Shown: one piece after another, positions 1 through 12,384 of the stretch | How the letters are laid out: every line of letters starts with the position of its first letter | Numbering within the stretch: the first letter of the stretch is position 1 | Assembly (NCBI RefSeq): GCF_001194135.2 | Contig: NC_068985.1 | Coordinates: 120,417,278 to 120,481,277, forward strand | Origin: Octopus bimaculoides | Taxonomy: Eukaryota | Direction of reading: 5' to 3' | Length of the DNA: 64,000 nucleotides | Translations under genes and position numbers: made by a program | Notes under the pieces: generated by a model | What the model was told of the DNA's origin: nothing | Database searches by the model: none | Seen by the model: the letters and a program-made list of their open reading frames with translations, nothing else

Positions 1-231
1 CCACAACAACAACTGCTACGTTTACTACTACTGCTACTACTACTACTACTACTACTACTAAAACTACTCCTACTCCTACTACTACTACTACTATTACTTT
101 ACTACAACTACTACATTACTACTACTACTACTACTACACATACTACAAATACGACGCTTACTACTACTACTACTTCTTCTATTACTACTACTACTACTAC
201 TACTACCACTACTACTACCACCACCACCACC

Positions 232-269
<38 letters not shown>

Positions 270-300
270 CATTACTACTACTACTACTACTACTACTACA
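1..300. repeat. (TAC)n/(CAC)n microsatellite
   Basis: Directly visible trinucleotide array. Confidence 0.97.
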
Positions 301-310
301 AGTAGATATA

Positions 311-585
311 TACCACCGATTTTTCCTGCATCTTATGGTACCTCCTTTTTTCCAACTAGATTACTCGGCTGAACTGGAAAGATATGGCTACAAAAGGAAA
401 CTCCAATCCAATTTGATCCTGGATAAAGAAGAACTGTTTATTGAACATCGGACAAATTGGGGGGGGGTGCAATTAATATGTTGGAGGTGTGTTGATGAAG
501 TTATCTTAATGCAAGCAAGGATGGTCCGGTAAAATAGTTAATCTCTGAAAGAATTTGATCAAAGGATACCGGAAAATCGGTGGTG
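311..585. mobile_element. Tc1/mariner-type MITE, about 275 bp
   Basis: Left end TA|TACCACCGATTTTTCC; right end GGAAAATCGGTGGTG|TA (reverse complement TA|CACCACCGATTTTCC). Terminal inverted repeats flanked by TA on both sides; no transposase ORF. Confidence 0.7.
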
Positions 586-609
586 TACCTCTACTCTAAT
601 ACTAATAAA

Positions 610-681
<72 letters not shown>

Positions 682-692
682 ACCTGCTGCTG

Positions 693-723
<31 letters not shown>

Positions 724-751
724 NNNNNNNNNNTTGTTGCTGCTGCTGCTG

Positions 752-783
<32 letters not shown>

Positions 784-802
784 GTTGTTGCTGCTGCTGC
801 TG

Positions 803-857
<55 letters not shown>

Positions 858-858
858 G
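610..858. repeat. compound (TAC)n/(TGC)n microsatellite
   Basis: Directly visible; contains a 10-N gap. Confidence 0.95.
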
Positions 859-1778
859 TTCACTTTTGTTTTCACCTAATATTGTTTAAATGATAGATGA
901 TTTTACTCATATTTTGTCAATTTTCATCTTGCCTCTAGAGAGTGCTACAGTAGGTGGACGAATCGTCTAAGAGGATAGAAAATCCTCAAAGGAAAATTCT
1001 CTTTGAATTGTATTTAACAACCTTCTCTAAAATTACATCGAAATATCGATAGTTAAGGATTTTGAAATTCTAGAATGAAAGAAAGAATAATTTTATTACA
1101 GCAGTAGTTTCTCTTGGCTGTAGTCTTGCATACGGTGATATGATACAGGCCACTCTCGTGTCAGTTACGAATGTGCTACACCATGTAGCTTTCAGTTTTT
1201 CTCTTTTATTGTTCCCATCTGCCGGTGACCATCTGAAAGCTGTTTTGAATGATGCTGTTCTGGTAGCCGGAGAATGAGACCTTCAAATTTTTATCTCCAA
1301 TCTGTGATGATTTTTCTCAGTAGTGTTGCGTTGGTTCTCTTTAATATTGATATGATTGCTGTAAGCTCGATCGTTTGACAGAATCATTAGAGCATCCGAA
1401 TTAATCATTTGTTTCATTCGTTCCGGGTCTTTTCCTTTTAAGTTCAAATCTCACACTGGTCAACTTCAAATTATATTCCTCCAAGGCAATAAAATACTTT
1501 TCCAGATAATGAGGTCAATGTACTAAAGTGAAACTCTCTTCTGAAAATTGCTTGCTCCGCGACAAAATTAAGAAAATAGACAGTGGATTGGCAGGACCGT
1601 TAGAGTATGAGACAAAATCATTTACATTAATTCACCCAATCATTTATGTTCCGAGTTCAATTTGCCTTTCATTCATTGCAGCCAATAAAATAATGTACCA
1701 GTTGAGCACTGGAGTCGATGAAATGAACAATCTGTCTCCTTAAAGATCTCTGGCATTGGACTTAAGTTTGAAACCATT

Positions 1779-1992
1779 CGCTGTGCTAGCAGAGTCGTGA
1801 GGACGCCGGGAAAAGTGTTTAGTGGTATTTTGTCCGTCTTCACATTCTGAGTTCAAATTTGCCGAGGTCGACCTTGCTTTTCCATACTTTCGGGATCGAT
1901 AAAATAAGTACCAGTTGAGAACTGGGGTCGATGTTATCGACTATCCCCCTCCCACAAAATTTCAGGCCTTGTGCCCATAGTAGAAAGGATTA
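1779..1992 (+). mobile_element. tRNA-derived SINE, family 1, tail type 2
   Basis: Box-B-like GAGTTCAAAT, central GTCGACCTTGCTTTTCCATACTTTCGGGATCGATAAAATAAGTACCAG, tail GGCCTTGTGCCCATAGTAGAAAGG followed by ATT repeats. Matches other copies in the window. Confidence 0.85.
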
Positions 1993-2317
1993 TTTATATT
2001 ATTATTATCAATAATAATAATATCGTTGTTGCGTTTGCAAGTGAAAAACGTAGATTTGGTACGCATCATTTGTTAACGAATTTTGATTTATTTATAACGT
2101 GTAAGTCTACTTTTCTCTGTTGATTTTTCTCTCTCAAAAGCCCAGATTCAAAAGAGGCGTCATGCAATCTGAGACAAATATTCCAACAGACTTCTGCAGG
2201 AATTGTAAAAATATAGGCAGTTGTGTTACCATACGTTGTATGTATCCTCTCTGGTGGTGACTCAGTTAAGCAATCGTTTTGCAAGTTCACAAGATGGACA
2301 AGCATATTGGTCAGTCA

Positions 2318-2323
2318 TTACTA

Positions 2324-2418
<95 letters not shown>

Positions 2419-2428
2419 GCTGCTGCTC
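2318..2428. repeat. compound (TAC)n/(TGC)n microsatellite
   Basis: Directly visible. Confidence 0.95.
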
Positions 2429-2539
2429 TTTAAGGTTGAACTACTAAGTAATTTTCCAATAGTGCTGCCCCTGGGCCTCTGAGACTTTATATTTTACAGA
2501 AACATGTCATGCGAACCTACCGGAAGCTGTAGATTTTTG

Positions 2540-3880
2540 CGGATTCTCATCGATGTGCTTCGTTGTTGCGGTGTGGATTTTGAACGTTGGGCGTCGCGGT
2601 GCATTGGAAATGCAGTGGCTGATAGAGTTTTTTTTAAAGTTACTAAATGAAGTCCTCATACCACACAATTGAGGTGTCTGTCAATGACGAGCTTTTTCTC
2701 CAACAAAATGGCGCATTTCACTACTCCCATCATGGTGTAAGGGCCCGTCTCGCTGAAACGCAGGCGAACAGATGGATCGATGAATTCTTATTCAAATATG
2801 AAGCAGAAACAGCTCCTGGCATGTAAACAAAATCGGACTTACATACACGAGCTGTGTGTGTTGTCAGTTCATGGGTCGGCTGCGTTTTTGGGTGTAAAAG
2901 AAAATATTCTCCATGCAAATGGTGTTAAATACACCTCACAGTAAGTCATAGGCAAGTGAGACAACTCACACCAGGTTCCTTTCGAAGTGACAGACATCGA
3001 TGTTTCATCATCATTGTGACTTTTCATTGCTGCGTACCAAACATGGCCAGCTGTAGACTATGTCAGCGACTACGACAACATGCTGAGTGATTTGAAAATC
3101 ATCTACTGGCATGTCTCAACGTGTCATTGTCACGGAAAAAATTCAAATATAGATGAGAAGCACCTCGAAGTATCTAAACAAAATCGAATACATATATACA
3201 CTCAGAGTCAGCGACATAGGCTGCATCAGGCCTTGTTCGGTAGGCGGCTTTGAAAATTCACAAAAATCACGAAACCTCAATGTCTGTTGCTCCGAAAGGG
3301 ATCTGGTGTGAATTGTCTCGCTTGCCTATGACTTACTTTCAGATGATTTTTAATATCAGACGCATTGAGAGTATATTCTCTGACGCCTAAAACGCAGCCG
3401 ATCAACGAACTAGCAATACACACAGATTGGGTATGTGCATTCGTTTTGTTTATACACCTCGAGCTGCTTCTAATTCATATTTGAATTTTTTCCGTGGCAT
3501 GAGATGTTGGGACATGCCAGCAGATGGTTTTCAAATCATTTAACTTATAGTCATTGTCAGAATGACGAAACATCAATGTCTGTCGCTTCAATGAATGACC
3601 TGGTATGAGATGTATCGCTTGCCTGTTTCTTGCTTTCATGTGTTTTAACACCAGGCTCATTGAGAAGATATTCTCTTACGCCTAAAAACGTATCCGACCC
3701 ACGAGCCAACTGCACACGCACATGTTCTGCTGGTATGTTCGATTTTGAATTCTAATTACTTTCAACAGACTTCTCGCAATGGGCTGTTTATGGGGCAGCT
3801 AAAAGATGAAATTTATTGCTTATGGCTCTCAACTATCAATGAAATTGAAATAGTTATTGAAAAAAGGGTGTATCCAAATT
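2540..3880 (+). pseudogene. Tc1/mariner-superfamily transposase remnant interrupted by a fold-back repeat
   Basis: 2590-2780 translates (with frameshifts) to VFLKLLNEVLIP...LFLQQNGAFHYSHHGVRARLAETQANRWI. 3762-3830 translates to STDF...LWGQLKDEIY. These match the FQQDGAP.H...RWIGR and SPDL.PLDFFLWG.LK..VY motifs of this transposase family. Confidence 0.6.
2790..3760. repeat. palindromic array of a diverged approx. 300-bp unit (minus-strand copies on the left, plus-strand copies on the right)
   Basis: 2941-2974 is the reverse complement of 3303-3336 (32/34). 3090-3200 is the reverse complement of about 3431-3540. Right-arm units start at 3269 (ACGAAACCTCAATGTCTG) and 3565 (ACGAAACATCAATGTCTG). 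Confidence 0.85.
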
Positions 3881-5952
3881 CTGACTGAAATGATTTCTGA
3901 TGATTGCTATTTTATTGGCCTAGATTGTCAGTAGTATTTGCCCCACTATCGCCATTAGTTTGAACAGTTACACTAGGTGAGACCACTGACACATGTTTAA
4001 TCTTCAGTCTTAATGCTAAAATTTATTTATATCTTAAAAGATATCGTGTTTATATAATGTTTATTAATGAACAATGTATACAGAAACTTGTGGCATATTA
4101 TTATAAATACCTGCAGCAGCAGAGGAATTGACAAGTGATACATTGATAATAATCAATTCAACTGCACCACTGGTAAATTCAGTTGCTCTATTTCCTTGAT
4201 ATATTAGGCAATCTTAACTCAAATTGCACACCGTAATCTGGAAAAAACAAAAAGACATCATTAAACAATGTAGTTGAAAATACTTTTAAAATAAATTGAA
4301 GAACACGATTGGAATGCTTTTAATCCAAGGTCTTTACGATAACAACCGCTCATAAATAGAAAGGTGCCCCATCCAGGAAAGATGAGCCCTTCAGCTGGAA
4401 CTGGAAATAGGCACTTGTTTTCCGGAATATATACATAAGTTCTGAGAACGTATCAGTTTTCTAGGTTCCTCTGCTATTAATTTTAAATTATGATTTTTCT
4501 AGCTGTGAGTTGGCTCCATTTAAATGAACCACCAGGCCACCATAACATTCCTGACCTCGTCTCAACCTTCCTAATATCTCATCGCTACACAAAGCCCTTA
4601 ACAAGGTCAAGATGAAAGGTCATGGAAATGAATATAACAAACTAGAATCCACTTGGTAATAATATTCACAAAAGTCATCCGTAAAATACGGTGCAACCTT
4701 TTAACCTGGTGCACATAAACTATGCCATATTTTAGAAACTCCCTTATTCCATAAAATCTCTTCGTACACTTCTGCACTGCATGTATTCTTTCGTTCATTC
4801 ATACCACGAATCTTTCCTTTATTCATTATTTCATGCTTTTTCCTTCCTCCTTTTCTGTCTTTGCTTCCTTCCGGCCGCCTTGTTTCTCTTTAAGTTTCCT
4901 TCTTTTTAATGTAAGTGTCACTGTATCGAATTGGTACATCCGTTCAACTTGAAACAACAACAACAATGATAACGATAAGAATAATAATAATAAAAATAAT
5001 AATAACATATCAGCATGACCACAGCCCATTGGCTGAAACAAGCAAGAACTGTAATGGTATAATAATCGTAAATTTAACCGGACATGCTATCAAAAGTCTG
5101 GTATGGAAAGGAGGTGCCGGAAACAAACGAAAAAATGTACAAGTTTTAACAATTAGGTCACAGTTTCCCATCCGTCTCCATATCTACCACTCCGTTACTT
5201 TCAGTTATTTGTTTATTTATTTACTTTTATCCGTATCTTTCTTTCCTTCATACCTTCTTTCTTCCTTCCTTTCCGTCTTTTTTTTTCTCTCTCTCACTCT
5301 CCCACATTTACATCCACTCACTCATTGCTCGGTCACTTGTTATATTAATTCCCACTTCAACATAAATGACATGAGAGGTGAAAGAATGGTTATGAATGCG
5401 TTCATTAACATTCAACTTCACTCATGAAACATCATCAGATTTATACGGGAGGAAGAGAGAGAGAGAGAGAGAGAGAGAAAGGTCATGGTAACTACGTACA
5501 CATACACACATACACTTAAATATGCATACATACACAAACATTCTCCTCCATCTCAGTCTATCTCTCCTGTTCTCTATGACTCTCTTTCTATGCATACACA
5601 CATATATACACATATCTTGCCTGTACGTAGTTATGAATACACATCACACACACACACGCCCATATATATTAGTAATACACATGTATATGCATATGTATCT
5701 GCAAATAGAGTGAATTTCTGTATATATAAGATGCATATATACCTTCGTTAGACTACGGCCATTCTGGGACACCACCCACATTGTTTATATATATATACAT
5801 ATACATGTGTGTGCGCGCGCGTGAGTGTGTGTGTCTATGTATGTATGTATGCGTGCATGTGTGCGTGTGTATTTTTATATATCATACATATGGATATCTA
5901 TGTATCTGTCTATCGATCTACCTGTAGATACATACATACATACATACATACA

Positions 5953-5996
<44 letters not shown>

Positions 5997-6029
5997 TACC
6001 TCATGTAATTTCATGTAGCTGAAGTCTTG

Positions 6030-7085
6030 AGTTGAATGTTAATATCCCATTACTAATATTAAGAAGCTCGTATGATCACCTTTTAGAAGTACTGTGATGT
6101 TGCTTGTAAGATGAAGTTTTTTCACGTCTCCAAAGGTAAGATTTTTGAAGCATGCATTGACCTCATCAGATTTTTGATCCTTTGGAGATAACTAGCAACC
6201 GTTGACGAAAATCTCCTTCAAGAACTGTTACTCCTCCCATGAGCGTGCTATTGTTTTTATGTCTTGGAGGGTACGGTCAAGTACCTCTGTGGCTCCACGA
6301 TGTTACTGTTGGAGAACTGTTGCCATTGCAGAGTTTTGGGAAATTTTTGCACATTCAAGATTCTTTCATGGCAAGGTTTAGAGGGAGCTTGAACAAGGAA
6401 TAAGCAGTTCTTCCGCCATTGAGCAAGGTAGCTGCAATACCAGAAGATGCAACATTGGAAAAAGGTTAGATTTTATTTCCTCCCCTTTAGGATTGCAGGT
6501 GAAATTGACAAAAAGATCTGATATTCCATATGTCCTGACATATGTAATAGAAGGTTGTGTTCGTTCGTGCATATATCGAAGACCACCTGTGAATGATGAG
6601 GTAAGGATTATAAGTTGCCCCATGTTTTGAATATTACCATTTGTCTTCAGAGCATCTTTGAGATGAATATAATTTTTAGACCTTAGCTTTTTTGTTATTG
6701 TTATGAATATAGAGGAGACGCTGACTCTCATCTGTAGCATACATATCAACCAGGTATTGCCGAAATAGATTACGATCCATGCGTAATTCATTTGATTGTT
6801 CTGGCTTTAACATCAGTTAGTAAGAGTAGAAGTAATTTGACGACACCGTTTTCTTTGTAATTGGTTCTCCTGTTACAAGTTCACTCTGTGGAATATTGAA
6901 ATGGTACCCATCTTGTCCATTCCAGAGAATTAGAGAAAAGTGGAGAGCATCATAAGGCGTATGAGTCTCTAAAACACGTTTAAGGTTGTTACCTCGAGCA
7001 CGAATAAGAATATCACGATTTTCATGGGGATCACCTACTATAAGGATGGATACTTCGTAAGACGTGGGCTCATGAAAACGGCGTA
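6030..7085 (-). pseudogene. Helitron RepHel remnant with a large internal deletion
   Basis: Minus-strand translation gives Rep-region motifs RFHEPTSYEV...RDILIR...ETHTPYDAL, WNGQDGYHFNI, LFRQYLVDMY and SSFTGGLRYMHERTQ...FTCNPK. These run directly into Pif1-helicase motifs VASSGIAATLLNGGRTAYSLFKLPLNL, EVLDRTLQDI and MGGVTVLEGDFRQ. Stops and frameshifts present. Confidence 0.9.
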
Positions 7086-9651
7086 AAATGTACTTTACTA
7101 TAGTTTACTACAGATGTAACGAACGCGGAAACATACTCACAAACTCCCAGACACATAGACATATAGAATTGATAATATTGAAAACAGCTAAACGTACACA
7201 CACGAAGTTCAAGCGAAATTAAATGTAGTCAACACAGGTACAAAACACACTTTCTGTGGTATAGTTATGCTATAATTTTTTTTAGAGAATATTTCCAAAA
7301 GAAATATTTCAGCGTCGGAAATTCACCAATAATCAAAAGTTACTATGCGTCACCAATGTAACAAAGTACAGAAGGTCAACAATTATTTGGAGCAAGTATT
7401 AAATGTTATAAAATTCAGGATTGAATATCACGGTGAAGAAAGTCAGACTCCAAGAAAATTCAGCAGGCATAATTCAATTATTTATACTTAATAATTTATT
7501 TTACAATTTTTAAGCGAACGCTGAACAAAGAGTGTACAAATGGATATGTTGCTGTTCTGAACGTTAATTAACTGAAAACATTTGCTGAAGAATGTATGTA
7601 GCAAGACATAAATTAATTTTACATCACTTACTATATATTTTAACTGTGTAAGGTTATAGGCTGCAGAATAAATACTGACTAATGCAGTAAAAGGTTGCGC
7701 GGTGTTGGATATTCACAATGATAAAACAGAATAGGAGGAATATGATAAAGACGCTAGGACTGTTAAAAAAGCATTACTTTCAAACTGGTTATAAGGACTG
7801 GAATAACATTTCTTTAATTATATTGAAAGAGCCGCTAAGACTTTCTACTTCGTCAAGTTTCCGAACTTATTATAATAACCAGAATAACATTTTTACCAGA
7901 TATATTTGCGAGTGTTGTGAGTGCTGTCAAATCAGCCAAATCTTCATGCGGGTTGTAAAAACCAGAATAATATTCCAGCATATAGGTAGTGATAATCGTT
8001 AACTGCAACTTTTCATGATGAAAAGGAAAATTCAAGCAGTGGTACTTCAAAGTGAATGCTGTTCTTCGTTAAATATCCAGGCCGCAACTAAACTACACTC
8101 TTTCAGAATTGGCGCGTTTCACTGCCGGGCGGTACAGTCACATACATATACTAAGACAGACATACAAAGACATGCATTCACGCACACCCCATGTCTATTG
8201 TGTCTCTTTGTCCTTCGATTAGTGTGTGTGTGTGTTTGTGTGTGTGTGCGCGCGTGTATGTGTGTGTGTGTGTTTGTGTGTCAGTCGTCATAAAAATGTA
8301 GCTATACTTCTCAGTCATCGGCGTAACGTATGCAATGAACGCACTGACAGACCATACACACCCACATAAAAAATTTGACGTCGTCGTAATCGTGGTATAA
8401 AATGCCATTTGCGATATTTGACTTAGAGAAAGATTATAATGTTAAATTTCTGTAATGCGAAAATGTTAATGAAAATAAAGTGTATTTGGTAGCCAATAGA
8501 TCTTTTGATAACTCATACCTCAAAACCAGCAATTCATTTTTCGCATCTATAAGGATCATATGCACACACTCAAACTTTCACTCTCATATACATACATAGA
8601 AATACATTCATGCATACATACATAAATATATATAAATATATATATATNNNNNNNNNNNNNNNNNNNNNNNNNNNNNNNNNNNNNNNNNNNNNNNNNNNNN
8701 NNNNNNNNNNNNNNNNNNNNNNNNNNNNNNNNNNNNNNNNNNNNNNNNNNNNNNNNNNNNNNNNNNNNNNNNNNNNNNNNNNNNNNNNNNNNNNNNNNNN
8801 NNNNNNNNNNNNNNNNNNNNNNNNNNNNNNNNNNNNNNNNNNNNNNNNNNNNNNNNNNNNNNNNNNNNNNNNNNNNNNNNNNNNNNNNNNNNNNNNNNNN
8901 NNNNNNNNNNNNNNNNNNNNNNNNNNNNNNNNNNNNNNNNNNNNNNNNNNNNNNNNNNNNNNNNNNNNNNNNNNNNNNNNNNNNNNNNNNNNNNNNNNNN
9001 NNNNNNNNNNNNNNNNNNNNNNNNNNNNNNNNNNNNNNNNNNNNNNNNNNNNNNNNNNNNNNNNNNNNNNNNNNNNNNNNNNNNNNNNNNNNNNNNNNNN
9101 NNNNNNNNNNNNNNNNNNNNNNNNNNNNNNNNNNNNNNNNNNNNNNNNNNNNNNNNNNNNNNNNNNNNNNNNNNNNNNNNNNNNNNNNNNNNNNNNNNNN
9201 NNNNNNNNNNNNNNNNNNNNNNNNNNNNNNNNNNNNNNNNNNNNNNNNNNNNNNNNNNNNNNNNNNNNNNNNNNNNNNNNNNNNNNNNNNNNNNNNNNNN
9301 NNNNNNNNNNNNNNNNNNNNNNNNNNNNNNNNNNNNNNNNNNNNNNNNNNNNNNNNNNNNNNNNNNNNNNNNNNNNNNNNNNNNNNNNNNNNNNNNNNNN
9401 NNNNNNNNNNNNNNNNNNNNNNNNNNNNNNNNNNNNNNNNNNNNNNNNNNNNNNNNNNNNNNNNNNNNNNNNNNNNNNNNNNNNNNNNNNNNNNNNNNNN
9501 NNNNNNNNNNNNNNNNNNNNNNNNNNNNNNNNNNNNNNNNNNNNNNNNNNNNNNNNNNNNNNNNNNNNNNNNNNNNNNNNNNNNNNNNNNNNNNNNNNNN
9601 NNNNNNNNNNNNNNNNNNNNNNNNNNNNNNNNNNNNNNNNNNNNNNNTATA

Positions 9652-9840
9652 CAGTAATCTCTCGACTATCGCGGGTGTGAAAATTTGGATGTAGACACTG
9701 TACTGTATAATTTATTAATAATTTTTAATATGTGTATATATTTATTTTATCATAATTACAAAACAACACCACGGAGGAATCGACGTAAACTTAAATAATA
9801 AACCGCGATATGTTAACCGCGATATGGCGAGGAATTACTA
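9652..9840. mobile_element. pogo/Tigger-like MITE, about 190 bp
   Basis: Left TA|CAGTAATCTCTCGACTATCGCGG; right CCGCGATATGGCGAGGAATTACTA|TA (reverse complement TA|TAGTAATTCCTCGCCATATCGCGG). TA flanks on both sides. Confidence 0.75.
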
Positions 9841-11477
9841 TATATGTATAACATTACATGTATGTATACACGTATATATACGTGCATGTGTATTAATAAT
9901 TATATGCGTATATGTCTGTGCCTGTGTGCTTGTGTTGTGTGTGTGCGTGCATGCGTGTATGTATGAGTGTATGTGTGTATGTGTGTTTGTGTGTATGTGT
10001 ATAACGTCTTAAATGAAAAAGAGGTTGATGTGCAAATCTTCAAACGATATATTTGTGGTAATATTTATCCCATGGATAAAACCGCGATATACACATCGAT
10101 CATTTCAGAAAACCCCTTCCATAAATCTGCTGCAAGAAGATTTCAAACAATACTTCAATTAATATTGGAAGGCTTTTAATAAATGATTTATTGAGAGATT
10201 CGTAACACAACGATACTAAACCTCTTGGAAGTTTTCGATGAACCTCATGGCATTAATCCAGATTTATGTTGCCATTTCTGCTGTTGATAGATTGGACAAT
10301 GCTTAAGAATTAACAGGCAAGTTCCAGATGTTACAGCTTTATTTCAGAAATTCTTATTGATGATGTTATTCTTGTTGGTGTTGGTGTTGGTGTTGGTAGT
10401 GCTGGTGGTGGCAGCGGTGCTAATTGAGGTGATGTTGGTAGTGTCCTTTAGTCGTGGTTCAACCCTCAATGTGCTGGAGTTTTATCAAACATATTCCAGA
10501 TGTTAGTAATCCATTTTACCCTAGATACTGTGCTCCGCGGACTACATCATTAAATTTGAACTTTCCTTTTTATTTTTCTTTAAAACGGTAGATTAGGGTT
10601 TAAGGGGGCTCTGACTGCTAATTCTCGCCGATCCAGATATATTGTAGAAATTCCCTGCTTTACTTATCCGAAGTTTTACTGTGAGCGAAATCTATTTAAT
10701 TTATGTGGAATTAAATCTTGAGGAGGGTAATTGTTTCTTTTCGATGTCTTCAAATACTGCCAAGGTAATCTTTGCCTGACATCTCTCTGGGTTTCATTAA
10801 ATAAAATAACAGTCATGTACAAGGGTCGCTGGTATCGGCTAACACCCACCCCGTAAAGTTCTAACCCTTATACCTAAATTAGAAACTAGTCCCGACTACC
10901 TATTTCTGTATGGGATTCAATGAAGACATTAAACGTAAGCGGCTTAGGATTAAGAATAGTTACAGTTTCTGCACACACATAGTTAAAAGGAAGGGAGAGG
11001 ATAATGAATATTATAGTACACTGCATAAGAAGGAACATGTTTTATCGCCCCAGTATCGATGAAAGACAAGGAAAACGTGGCAGCATTTTGATCCTTAAAA
11101 GAAAAGACTCAGAATTACATAATACAGTAGCGTTACTACCGTAATTTTTGCTGCTTCTGACAAATGGTAATTGGGAACACACGTACACACGCATTCACAC
11201 ACACACACACATACACACGCACGCACACACACACACGCGCACACGCGCACGCACACACACNNNNNNNNNNNNNNNNNNNNNNNNNNNNNNNNNNNNNNNN
11301 NNNNNNNNNNNNNNNNNNNNNNNNNNNNNNNNNNNNNNNNNNNNNNNNNNNNNNNNNNNNNNNNNNNNNNNNNNNNNNNNNNNNNNNNNNNNNNNNNNNN
11401 NNNNNNNNNNNNNNNNNNNNNNNNNNNNNNNNNNNNNNNNNNNNNNNNNNNNNNNNNNNNNNNNNNNNNNNNNNNNN

Positions 11478-11667
11478 CTTAACGGTATTTCGTCTGCCGC
11501 TACGTTCTGAGTTCAAATTCCGCCGAGGTCGACTTTGCCTTTCATCCTTTCGGGGTCGATTAAATAAGTACCAGTTACGCACTGGGGTCGGTATTATCGA
11601 CTTAATCCGTTTCTCTGTCCTTGTTTGTCCCCTCTGTGTGTAGTCCCTTGTGGGTAGTAAAGAAATA

Positions 11668-11669
<2 letters not shown>
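11478..11669 (+). mobile_element. tRNA-derived SINE, family 1, tail type 1 (5' end lost in the gap)
   Basis: CGGTATTTCGTCTGCCGCTACGTTCTGAGTTCAAATTCCGCCGAGGTCGAC body; tail GTCCTTGTTTGTCCCCTCTGTGTGTAGTCCCTTGTGGGTAGTAAAGAAAT. The central segment resembles, from memory, the conserved Meta-type SINE domain (not verified). Confidence 0.9.
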
Positions 11670-11714
<45 letters not shown>

Positions 11715-11831
11715 CACACGTTCACACACTCTACATTAAATGAGGATACTATATGTGTGTGTGTGTATACATGCTTACGTGCATACATACATACATGCAT
11801 GCATACATACATATATACATACATACATGCA

Positions 11832-11862
<31 letters not shown>

Positions 11863-11866
11863 GTAT

Positions 11867-12075
11867 CCGTGTGGTGAAAAGTTCGCTTCCGAACCACATA
11901 CTTCTGTATTCAGATCTACTGCGTGGCACCTTGAGCAAGTGTATATATCAAAGAGTGTGTCTTTGTGTTTTTCCCCACTACCACTTGACAACCGGTGAAT
12001 GTTTGGTTATGGCCCCCAGCATACTAGTTTGGCAAGTATGGCCGATAGAATAAGAACTCGACATAAAGAAAGTAA
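11867..12075 (+). mobile_element. degenerate SINE, family 2 (CORE-like central motif)
   Basis: GTGGCACCTTGAGCAAGTG motif and 3' module CTTGACAACCGGTG...CCGATAGAATAAG, shared with the copy at 34861-35368. Confidence 0.7.
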
Positions 12076-12309
12076 TTAAGCCAATTTGTTTATTCTAAAT
12101 CTTTCAAGGTTGTGCCACAGTGCGACCGCTGACGAGTTAGGCATGAGAAGAAACGCCTCGCTTGGGACAAGAATGTGTAAAAACGCCACAGCCACCTCAG
12201 ATCATCCTCCAATGGACTGATGGATGGGTACACTTCGAAATCTTATAAATTTCGTAATTAGAGCGTGACAGAGAGAGAGAGAGACATAAATACACACACA
12301 CACACACAT

Positions 12310-12384
<75 letters not shown>

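Noticed and set aside
640-2430. TGC blocks inside TAC arrays as a possible footprint of A-to-I hyper-editing in retroposed RNA
   Set aside because: Slippage expansion of a single A-to-G variant explains the blocks more simply, and the flanking non-repeat sequence shows no A-to-G clustering.
7740-7870. FQTGYKDWNN resembling the TTF-type zinc finger of hAT elements
   Set aside because: Single short motif with no supporting downstream transposase motifs.
8290-8410. CpG-containing stretch with TATAAAA as a possible promoter
   Set aside because: No downstream gene is evident, and TATA-like words are ubiquitous here.
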